Assembly: GCA_035516965.1 (NCBI GenBank)
Contig: DATIZR010000093.1
Coordinates: 43,255 to 107,254 of the forward strand
Length of the DNA: 64,000 nt
DNA from: Nitrospirota bacterium
GTDB taxonomy: Bacteria; Nitrospirota; UBA9217
Reading direction: 5' to 3'
Positions 56,844 to 64,000 of this stretch are shown in pieces; the first letter of the stretch is position 1; each line of letters begins with the position of its first letter. The translations under genes and the position numbers were made by a program. A model generated the notes under the pieces. It saw only the letters and a program-made list of their open reading frames with translations, ran no database searches and was not told the DNA's origin.

Positions 56844-58376
56844 TTATTTCTCCTCAAGCCATCCCTTGATCAGGTTCGTGGCTTCTTTGGGATTGGCCTT
56901 GGCCCAGGCGACCAGCTGCTCCTGTGACGATCGCTCGGGCGCTCCGATGGCCTTCTGCTGCTCGGCCGCGATCTGGGGCGCGAGCACAGGCCTCTGCGCC
57001 GGCATCGATGTCAGCGTTTTCATGAGCGGCTTGATCACCATGACAAAGAGGAGGACAAGGCCGACGAGGGGAATGGCGAACTTTGCGCCGGTCATGATCA
57101 TCGGCATGGCGCTCTGCACACCGCCGCCGGTCTCGGCGATCTCCTCCTGAGGAGCCACCTCGAAGGGCATGTTCACGACCTTCACCTCGTCACCCCGGTC
57201 CTGGCTGTATCCCACGGCCTTCTTCACCATGTCCTCGAACTGCCGCACCTCTTCCTCGCTCCGGGGTGTGTATTTCTTGTCCGTCGAACCCTGCTGGGCG
57301 GCGTAGGTGCCGTCCACGAGCACGACGACGGAAAGCCGCTTGAGTTCGTTCGCCGGGCTCACGACGCGGCTGATCGTCTTGCTGACCTCGTAATTGATGG
57401 TCTCGCTCTTCTTTTCCGACATTCCCTGGGTCGTCGGCGATGCCTGGGCCGCCTGCTGTTTTCCCGGGAGGTTCGACGTCGTACCGGGTATGCCGCCGGA
57501 CGTGCCGCTCGTGGACTTCTCCGTGTTCCGCTGCTCGCTCCTCGCCACCTGGCTTTCGGGGTCGTACTTTTCCTCGGTCTTCTCCACTTTCGTGAAATCG
57601 AAGCTCGCCGCGGCCCGCGCCTTGATCTTGCCCTTGCCCACCACGGGCTCCAGCATGCCCGTGACACGCGTCTCGATCTCCTTTTCGAAGCTCCGCTGGT
57701 ACTCCAGCTGCCCGCCCGACGCGGCGAAGTTCTCGTCAACCACGGACGTGAGCATCTCTCCGGTGCTGTTCACGACCGACACGTCCCGCGCGTCAAGGCC
57801 TTCGACACTGCTCGAGACGAGGTGCACGATGCCCTGCACCTGTCCCGCGGACAACCGTTTTCCCGCCTTGAGCTTGATCAGGACCGAAGCCTTGGGCCGG
57901 TCCTCCTTCTGCATGAAGAGGCTTTTCTCGGGCACCACCAGATGGACCCGGCTCTGGTCGATCTCGGCCAGCGACCGTATGGTCCGGGACAGCTCCCCCT
58001 GGAGCGCCCGGCGGTAGTTCAGCTTCTGCACGAAATCCGTCATGGTGAAGCTGGTCTTGTCGAACAGCTCGAAGCCGACGCCGCCGCCCTGGGGCAAACC
58101 CTGCCCGGCCAGCTGGAGCCGGAGCTCATAGACCTTGTCGGCGGGGACCATGATCCCGCCCGCCGTCGTGGTATAGGGCACACGCATTTCCGTCAGCTTC
58201 TGGGCGATGGCTCCCGCGTCCTCTTCGGACAGGTTCGAATACAAGAGCTGATTGTCAGCCTTCTGGACCCATGTCGCCAGAAGGATCCCGGCAGTGATCA
58301 CCAGCCCAAGCACCACGAGCAGCGTGATCATTTTCTTCGGGGGCATTGTTCTTACCTGTTCCAGCAATTCAGCCAT
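56844..58376 (-). CDS. fliF: flagellar M-ring protein FliF
   Basis: N-terminal TM, RVPYTTTAGGIMVPADKVYELRLQLAGQGLP, SVVVLVDGTY, C-terminal TM. 510 aa. GAGG RBS. Confidence 0.95.
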   Translation of the reverse strand: MAELLEQVRTMPPKKMITLLVVLGLVITAGILLATWVQKADNQLLYSNLSEEDAGAIAQKLTEMRVPYTTTAGGIMVPADKVYELRLQLAGQGLPQGGGVGFELFDKTSFTMTDFVQKLNYRRALQGELSRTIRSLAEIDQSRVHLVVPEKSLFMQKEDRPKASVLIKLKAGKRLSAGQVQGIVHLVSSSVEGLDARDVSVVNSTGEMLTSVVDENFAASGGQLEYQRSFEKEIETRVTGMLEPVVGKGKIKARAAASFDFTKVEKTEEKYDPESQVARSEQRNTEKSTSGTSGGIPGTTSNLPGKQQAAQASPTTQGMSEKKSETINYEVSKTISRVVSPANELKRLSVVVLVDGTYAAQQGSTDKKYTPRSEEEVRQFEDMVKKAVGYSQDRGDEVKVVNMPFEVAPQEEIAETGGGVQSAMPMIMTGAKFAIPLVGLVLLFVMVIKPLMKTLTSMPAQRPVLAPQIAAEQQKAIGAPERSSQEQLVAWAKANPKEATNLIKGWLEEK

Positions 58377-58469
58377 AATTTACCTCGAGGTATCGCAAGG
58401 GGCAGAGCGCATGGCGCATGAAGCAAAAGACCAGTGCCTCTGCTCCACGCCCTCCCCTCAGCTGATTGA

Positions 58470-58760
58470 TTACACCTGCATCCGCATGATCTCTTCGTAC
58501 GCGGAGAGCAGCTTGTTCCGGACCTCCACCATGAGCTGGAAGTTCATGTCCGCTTTCTCCATGGAGATGATGGCCTGGGTCGGATCGCCGCCCGAGGCGA
58601 GCTCCTTGACGGCCTTTTCGGCGTCGGTCTGCACCTGGCTCAGCTTGCCCATCGCCTCCTGCATGATGTCTTCGAACCCCTTCCCCGCGTCCTTCGACGC
58701 CGGCTTGAGTTCGGGCAGCCCCGGGGCTGGTCCGAGACCATTGATTTTGAGATCAGACAT
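58470..58760 (-). CDS. fliE: flagellar hook-basal body complex protein FliE
   Basis: 96-aa product ending ...DMNFQLMVEVRNKLLSAYEEIMRMQV (FliE C-terminus). AGGAGG RBS before ATG at 58760 (ORF track extends to 58841). Confidence 0.85.
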   Translation of the reverse strand: MSDLKINGLGPAPGLPELKPASKDAGKGFEDIMQEAMGKLSQVQTDAEKAVKELASGGDPTQAIISMEKADMNFQLMVEVRNKLLSAYEEIMRMQV

Positions 58761-58875
58761 GAGAACCTCCTGAAGATTCGACACATGGTGTAACCAAAGA
58801 TGCACACAGGTTTCAGAAAAAGGACTGGCGTTGTCCTCCACTGCTAGCCGAGCTCATCTGTGGCAAAAACGGTTT

Positions 58876-59289
58876 TTACACTTTTCCCATCTCCAGCGTC
58901 TTCGCGAACATCGCCTTCGACATGTTGAATGCCGAGACCGAGGCTTCGTACGCCCGCGACGCCATCATCATGTTCACCATCTCCTCGATGACGTTCACGT
59001 TCGGCATTGCCAGAAATCCATCGGCATTCGCGTCGGGGTGACCCGGGTCGTAGATCATCTTGAAAGGGGACTCGTCGCGCACAATGGCGGTCACCTTCAC
59101 GCCTTCGAGCCCTGCCTGACCCCCGCCAAGGTTCTCGGTCGTGAAGACGGCGTCCTGCCTGCGGTAGGGTCCGCCCTCGGTGCTCCTCGTGGACTGGGCG
59201 TTCGCCAGGTTCGACGCGATGACGTTCATGCGCTGCCGCTGGGCGGCGAGCGCCGATGCGCTGACGTGAAACACTCCGAAAGAATCCAT
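58876..59289 (-). CDS. flgC: flagellar basal-body rod protein FlgC
   Basis: ASALAAQRQRMNVIASNLANAQST...NVNVIEEMVNMMMASRAYEASV rod-protein N and C motifs. Confidence 0.95.
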   Translation of the reverse strand: MDSFGVFHVSASALAAQRQRMNVIASNLANAQSTRSTEGGPYRRQDAVFTTENLGGGQAGLEGVKVTAIVRDESPFKMIYDPGHPDANADGFLAMPNVNVIEEMVNMMMASRAYEASVSAFNMSKAMFAKTLEMGKV

Positions 59290-59350
59290 GTGCCGGCCTC
59301 CTTAAATACGCTGCGCGGGGTCATGCTTCCCGCCCCGGGCCCGTGCTCCG

Positions 59351-59722
59351 CTAACCACTGGTCTTCATCGCGTTCTTATACATCTGTATCTTCTTCGTCA
59401 GGAGCGTGACCGCAGCCTCCATGAGCATGGCGTTCTCCGTCATCTTCGCCACCTCAAGGTCCATCTCCACGTTGTTCTTGTCAGCCCACGGCCGGCTGTC
59501 CTCGCCCTGCACTTCTCCGGCGCCGGCTGCGGACTCCCCGGCCTGCAGGTGCTGGGGGTCGGTCGTCACCATATGCATTTCGCTGCCCAGGACCTGGCCG
59601 AAGCTGACGTCCCTGGCCCGGTAATTGGGCGTGTCCACATTGGCGATGTTCGATGCAAGCACGCCATGCCTGATTCCCGTCTGCTGCACCAGGCGCTCGA
59701 GGATTTTCATACTGTCGGACAT
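59351..59722 (-). CDS. flgB: flagellar basal-body rod protein FlgB
   Basis: LERLVQQTGIRHGVLASNIANVDTPNYRARDVSF...NVEMDLEVAKMTENAMLMEAAVTLL. Confidence 0.9.
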   Translation of the reverse strand: MSDSMKILERLVQQTGIRHGVLASNIANVDTPNYRARDVSFGQVLGSEMHMVTTDPQHLQAGESAAGAGEVQGEDSRPWADKNNVEMDLEVAKMTENAMLMEAAVTLLTKKIQMYKNAMKTSG

Positions 59723-59879
59723 GAAATGCCTCCTTTATATATGAATCAATTACCATGCCAAAACCGGATGCTGCCTCTAACACGGATGAATACCGTAAAA
59801 TCTTAATGACATCCCGTTTTATTGATCCGTGTTTACCTGTGTTCATCTGTGGTTACAAATTGTCTTTCCGGCATTTTTT

Positions 59880-61211
59880 TCACCCTACCGGCAATTTTTG
59901 CCCGTATTCCTGCAGTTTGTTCCGTACCGTCCTGACGCTCACGCCCAGCAGCTTCGCGGCCATTGTCTTGTTCCCGTTCACTTCTTTGAGGGTTTTCAGG
60001 ATCATCTCCTTTTCCATGTCCGCGAGCTTGCCGTTCGCCGCAGCCCTCGGCTCCGCCTGGTCGAACATCAGGTGTTCGGGCGTGACGGCATCGCCCGCGC
60101 AAAGGAACACGGCGCGCTGCATGATGTTCTCGAGCTCGCGCACGTTCCCGCGCCAGGGCATACCCTTGAGCAGGTCCAGGGCTTCCCCGGCGCAGCCGCC
60201 GATGCTCTTGCCTGCCGCGGTGGAGCAGGCCTTGATGAAATGGTTCGCGAGCAGTTCGATGTCCTCGGGCCGCTCGCGGAGCGCAGGCACCTTCAGCGGG
60301 AACACGTTCAGCCGGTAGAACAGGTCCTCCCGGAACCTGCCCCCGGCGCACTCCTGCGCGAGGTCACGGTTCGTCGTTGCAATCACACGCACGTCGACGC
60401 GGACGGGCTCCCTGCCGCCGACGCGGTCGATCTCGCGCTCCTGCAGCACGCGGAGCAGCTTTGCCTGGAGCAGCAGGGGCATCTCTCCGATCTCGTCCAG
60501 CAGGATGGTGCCGGTGTCGGCCAGCTCGAGCTTTCCCTTCTTGCGCTCCACGGCGCCGGTAAAGGCGCCCTTCTCGTGTCCGAACAGCTCCGATTCGAGC
60601 AGGTTCTCGGGGATCGCGGCACAGTTCACGGCGATGAAGGGATTCTGCTTCCTCCTGCTCGAGCGGTGAATGTGGCGGGCGAGCAGTTCCTTCCCGGTGC
60701 CGCTCTCGCCCGTGATCAGCACGGTGATGTCGTTGCCCGCGAGATCGCCCGCGAGCCGGATGATCTTCTGCATCTCGCGGCTGCCGGTCAGCAGCTCCTT
60801 GTCCGCCGTGGTCCTGGTTATGATCCCCGCGATCATCTTGCCCAGGGTGTCGAAGGAAAAGGGCTTCATCAGATAATCGGTGGCGCCCTCTTTCATCGCC
60901 TCGACGGCGTTCTCTACGGTTCCGAAGCCGGTGATCACGAGCACTGGCACATTGCCCACGCAGCGCCGCACCTCCTTCAGGAACGAGAGCCCGTCCATGC
61001 GCGGCATCTTCATGTCTGTAACGATGAGCGAGCAGGCGCCCTTCTTCAGCTTCCCGAGGGCGTCTTCGCCCCCCTCGCAGAGCACGACGGGGTACCCCAG
61101 CCGCTGGACGGCCTCCCTGAGCGCCAGCCGCATCTGGGCGTCATCATCGACGACGAAGACCGGTTTTGCAATCGTTGCATTCACGACAGAGCTCCTTTCA
61201 AAGGTCCGCAT
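59880..61211 (-). CDS. sigma54-dependent response regulator (NtrC/FlrC/FleR family) heading the flgB operon region
   Basis: REC (VFVVDDDAQMR...IVTDMKMP), AAA+ sigma54 activator (LITGESGTGKELLA, GAFTGA, ESELFGHEKGAFTGA), C-terminal HTH (MAAKLLGVSVRTVRNKL). Confidence 0.9.
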   Translation of the reverse strand: MRTFERSSVVNATIAKPVFVVDDDAQMRLALREAVQRLGYPVVLCEGGEDALGKLKKGACSLIVTDMKMPRMDGLSFLKEVRRCVGNVPVLVITGFGTVENAVEAMKEGATDYLMKPFSFDTLGKMIAGIITRTTADKELLTGSREMQKIIRLAGDLAGNDITVLITGESGTGKELLARHIHRSSRRKQNPFIAVNCAAIPENLLESELFGHEKGAFTGAVERKKGKLELADTGTILLDEIGEMPLLLQAKLLRVLQEREIDRVGGREPVRVDVRVIATTNRDLAQECAGGRFREDLFYRLNVFPLKVPALRERPEDIELLANHFIKACSTAAGKSIGGCAGEALDLLKGMPWRGNVRELENIMQRAVFLCAGDAVTPEHLMFDQAEPRAAANGKLADMEKEMILKTLKEVNGNKTMAAKLLGVSVRTVRNKLQEYGQKLPVG

Positions 61212-61231
61212 TCCGAAATCCGCTTTTCACG

Positions 61232-62500
61232 TCAAAACGAATAATAGGCAAGCCCGTATTTGGCATCGGGCTCGGGCAGCTGCTCTGAATGTTCGGTATC
61301 GACCAGCTCGACGGTTCCTTCTCTTCCGGCGTCCCGATGACAGATCGGCTCTTCGTTCAGGGGAAAAGAGAGGCGAAACGTGCTGCCTTCCCCGGGCTCG
61401 CTGCTCACGTTGACGAAGCCGTTGTTTGCCTGCATGATCGTGTTGACGATAGCCAGTCCCAGACCCGTGCCCTCATCCTTGGTCGTAAAGAACGGATCGA
61501 AGATTTTTTCAATGTGCTCCGGCGCGATGCCGGCGCCCGTGTCGCGGATGATGACGGCAGCCCGGCCTCCCTCCCGCTCGATGCGCGCGTCGATGAAGCC
61601 GCCATCCGGCATAGCCTGGACCGCGTTGATCAGCAGGTTCAGGAACACCTGCTTCAGCAGCTCGGGGTCGCCGGCCATCTCGCAGGGGGGGGCGTCCAGC
61701 GAAAGCCGCACCCTCCGCGAGTCGAACATGGCCTGGAGCAGTCCGACGCTGTCCCGGAGGACCTCGTCGAGCCGCATCGGGGAAAGAGTGGGCTTGTTGG
61801 GACGCGCAAAGAGCAGCATGTTCGTCAGGATGCTGTTGATGTTCCCGATGCCGGCCGTGATCCCCTGGGCGAGCCCCCGGTGTTCCGGTGCTGTCAGCTC
61901 CCGTTCAATCATGCTCGAAAAAAGCTCGATGCTGCAGAGGGGGTTCCGGATCTCGTGCACGAGCCGGGCGGCCATCTCTCCCATCGCGATCAGCCGCTGG
62001 TTGCGCTCGTGAAGCTGCTCCAGTTCCCGCATCCGTGTAATGTCCTTGATCAGGATCACGCGGCCCCGAAGGCATCCCTCCGCGTCAACGACATCGGACT
62101 GGGAAAGAATGACGGAGTACCGTCTGCTCCCCGCCTCAAGCCAGATGCCGTTCGCGTCCTCGTTCATCGTAAAGGGGAGCGACGTGAAGGGCATGCCGAT
62201 CGCCTCGCCCAGGCTGGTCTGCAGGAGCTCTTCCGCGGACCGGTTCATGGTCGTGACCCTGCCCTCGGGGTCGACCGCGATGATCGCTTCCTCGAGGTTA
62301 TAGAGGACGGCCTTGAGATAGTCCTTGTTCCGCTCCGCATCGGCGAGCGCATCGTTCAACTGCCGGTTGCGGACCTCGAGCTCGCCCGTGAGGTGCACGA
62401 TCCGCTCCTGAAGCTGCTGGTAGTAGGACTCCAGGCTCTTCGAGGCCGAGGCAAAGTTCTGAAAGGCCTCGTTCAACCGCTCCACGTTCATCTGTGCCAT
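61232..62500 (-). CDS. PAS sensor histidine kinase (FlrB/FleS-like partner of the sigma54 regulator)
   Basis: PAS (LEEAIIAVDPEGRV), H-box AARLVHEIRNPLCSI, HATPase (LINAVQAM, DTGAGIAPEH, GTGLGLAI). Confidence 0.85.
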   Translation of the reverse strand: MAQMNVERLNEAFQNFASASKSLESYYQQLQERIVHLTGELEVRNRQLNDALADAERNKDYLKAVLYNLEEAIIAVDPEGRVTTMNRSAEELLQTSLGEAIGMPFTSLPFTMNEDANGIWLEAGSRRYSVILSQSDVVDAEGCLRGRVILIKDITRMRELEQLHERNQRLIAMGEMAARLVHEIRNPLCSIELFSSMIERELTAPEHRGLAQGITAGIGNINSILTNMLLFARPNKPTLSPMRLDEVLRDSVGLLQAMFDSRRVRLSLDAPPCEMAGDPELLKQVFLNLLINAVQAMPDGGFIDARIEREGGRAAVIIRDTGAGIAPEHIEKIFDPFFTTKDEGTGLGLAIVNTIMQANNGFVNVSSEPGEGSTFRLSFPLNEEPICHRDAGREGTVELVDTEHSEQLPEPDAKYGLAYYSF

Positions 62501-62501
62501 A

Positions 62502-63947
62502 TCACTCGACCTTCCTGCGCAGCGCCGCGCTCCTGAGCTCCGCCTCGGCGAAGCGACCGACGGCTCCCGTGGACGTCCGGAGGGACTTCAGCGATTCGGC
62601 CCGCTCCGCGCCCCCCGAGAGTTCCGCAATGCGGTAGTGTGCCCATTCCCGGTCGCTGCGCTGACCGCTACCGGGAACGCTCTTCTGATCGAGAGCCTCC
62701 TTGTAGTAGCGGACCGCTTCCTTCCGCTGCCCCGCTTCGACGAGCAGGTCCGCAAGCCGGATATACACGGGGAGCGTGCCCGGCGACTTTTTGAACTGCC
62801 GGTCGCAGTAATCGACGGCGCTTCGGACGCGCTTCGGGTCCGCCAGTCTGACTGCATCCAGGAGCAGCAGAAGGTCATCCTGCCCGGCCTCCCGGAGGGT
62901 CATGAGCCCTTCCGCGGCGGACGCCGGTTTTCGGTTCGCCAGATCGATCCGCGCCCTGACACGGACCGCTTCATCGCTGTGCCCTTTGACCCGGGCGCGC
63001 GCCAGGTAGCTGGAGGCTGTCGCCGTGTCGCCCAGGCCGGCATAGAAATCGGCGAGCAGCAGGCGCGCCTGGGTTTTCGCGTCGCCGGGGCCGTATCTGA
63101 TCAGCCACGTGCACACATCGATGAAAGGCTTGCCGGTGTGACGCAGCCCCCTCGCGATCCTGACCAGTGTCGGCGACCGCGTGGGCTCGAGGAGCCAGCG
63201 GCCGCCGATGCTCCAGAGTTTGACCATATCGGCCGACTTCCCGCCTGCGGCCTCGAGCAGGATCGTCTCGAGCTCGTCTAGGGCGGCTCCCGACGGAGTT
63301 CTCCGGTAGATGAGTTCCTTCAGGAGCCGCAGGGAATCCTCGTACCGGCCCTGTTCCCGGTACAAGCGGGCGAGCAGCAGCGCCGCCCTGTCGTAGGCGC
63401 TGCCGTAGGGATAGTTTTTCCGAATCCCCTGGAGCGCGGCCTCGGCCTCCTTATAGCTTCCGAGTTTGGTGAAGGCCTCCGCCTGCAGCAGAATCGCCTC
63501 CCGCCTGATGGTCCGCTCGGGCGATACCGACGCGGCACGGAACTGTTCTGCAGCCCTATCGTATGACCGCTCGTCCATCGCGATCATGCCCAGGCCCAGG
63601 GATGCCTTGTATTTGAAGGCGTCGTCCTTGACGGCATTGAAATAGATCCGCGAATCATTGAGGTTCCCCGACTGGCGGAAACTCTCTGCCATGTTGTACA
63701 GCGTCTCGCCGGGGGAGTTCAGGATGTTCGGGTCCTCCTTGAGGAGCCGCTGGTAGATCTCATGGGCCTCCGCGCTGCGGCCGAGCCTCTGGAGAGCGCC
63801 GGCCTTGCCATAGCTCGCCCGCAGTGATGTGCCGGACTTCTCGAAATGGGCGAGGGACTCACGGTATTCGCCGAGCCGGTAGCGCGCCTCCGCGATGCCC
63901 AGCTCTGCCTGCTCGGTGAGGGAGGATTTCGGAAACGTCTTGAGCAA
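62502..63947 (-). CDS. TPR-repeat protein (flagellar-cluster associated), possibly 5-prime extended beyond the annotated start
   Basis: Multiple TPR-like units (AEARYRLGEYRESLAHFE, AHEIYQRLLKEDP, YNMAESFRQSGNLNDS, EAEAALQGIRKNYP, LLLARLYREQGRYEDSL). Confidence 0.55.
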   Translation of the reverse strand: MLKTFPKSSLTEQAELGIAEARYRLGEYRESLAHFEKSGTSLRASYGKAGALQRLGRSAEAHEIYQRLLKEDPNILNSPGETLYNMAESFRQSGNLNDSRIYFNAVKDDAFKYKASLGLGMIAMDERSYDRAAEQFRAASVSPERTIRREAILLQAEAFTKLGSYKEAEAALQGIRKNYPYGSAYDRAALLLARLYREQGRYEDSLRLLKELIYRRTPSGAALDELETILLEAAGGKSADMVKLWSIGGRWLLEPTRSPTLVRIARGLRHTGKPFIDVCTWLIRYGPGDAKTQARLLLADFYAGLGDTATASSYLARARVKGHSDEAVRVRARIDLANRKPASAAEGLMTLREAGQDDLLLLLDAVRLADPKRVRSAVDYCDRQFKKSPGTLPVYIRLADLLVEAGQRKEAVRYYKEALDQKSVPGSGQRSDREWAHYRIAELSGGAERAESLKSLRTSTGAVGRFAEAELRSAALRRKVE

Positions 63948-64000
63948 AACATCGAGGCAAACGGCAGCCTCCGTATCGTAGCCCAGGCGGGAGTATGTCT

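Noticed and set aside
58377-58470. possible sigma54 (-24/-12) promoter upstream of fliF (GGCAC...TTTTGC on the minus strand)
   Set aside because: GG-to-GC spacing is 12 nt, not the required 10. A similar weak TGGCAT-N5-TTGAT upstream of flgB (about 59735-59755) lacks the conserved -12 GC. Neither is confident enough to annotate.
59829-61244. 471-aa plus-strand ORF
   Set aside because: Antisense to the sigma54-dependent regulator. Likewise 59833-60351 (alternative minus frame).
1-64000. CRISPR arrays, rRNA, tRNA, transposases/integrases
   Set aside because: No regularly spaced direct repeats, no rRNA-like conserved blocks, no clover-leaf candidates and no transposase- or integrase-like ORFs were seen by eye. 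Both low-GC islands lack an obvious mobility gene within this window.

Overview
High-GC (about 60-65%) proteobacterial chromosomal window dominated by flagellar and motility-regulation genes, with two lower-GC accessory insertions.

(1) Left end (1-5983): housekeeping and signalling genes. These are a 5-prime-partial DppC/OppC-type ABC permease, rsmA/ksgA, gmhA behind a canonical sigma70 promoter, a deoxyhypusine-synthase-like protein, a DUF3391-like small ORF overlapping an HDOD gene, and a degenerate REC-GGDDF protein.

(2) AT-rich island (about 5984-14050). It begins with a 700-bp non-coding stretch, followed by a type II FAS/PKS-like cassette: SAM methyltransferase, FabG, a His-less KS-like partner, FabZ, a catalytic KS, ACP and a CrtI-like FAD oxidoreductase. 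The island ends inside a 7TM-PAS-HisKA-HATPase-REC hybrid kinase ORF, whose codon usage switches abruptly near nt 14050.

(3) FlhB-C-like and FliK-like genes (15620-17178).

(4) A roughly 19-kb moderately low-GC island (17848-36346). It holds cysC (APS kinase), a TPR protein, two stand-alone sulfotransferases and five giant modular fusion enzymes. The fusions combine sulfotransferase, TPR, GT2, GT9 and pyruvyl-transferase domains, and two carry N-terminal SEC-C zinc motifs. The island sits directly beside flbT/flaF and a short flagellin gene, which has a perfect sigma28 promoter and an intrinsic terminator. It most likely encodes a flagellin glycosylation system that adds sulfated and pyruvylated glycans.

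(5) A c-di-GMP motility module (38905-46658): CheY-like REC, REC-GAF-HD-GYP, a PilZ protein, two MotA/MotB stator sets and a PAS kinase.

(6) A 1555-aa multi-PAS/GAF hybrid kinase with an internal tandem PAS duplication (46664-51331).

(7) A core flagellar operon on the minus strand: flgB, flgC, fliE, fliF, fliG, fliH, fliI, fliJ, ylxF-like, and a REC-PilZ protein. It is preceded by a sigma54-dependent response regulator, a PAS histidine kinase and a TPR protein.

No CRISPR arrays, rRNA or tRNA genes were detected by eye. Several long antisense ORFs in GC-rich genes are judged spurious.
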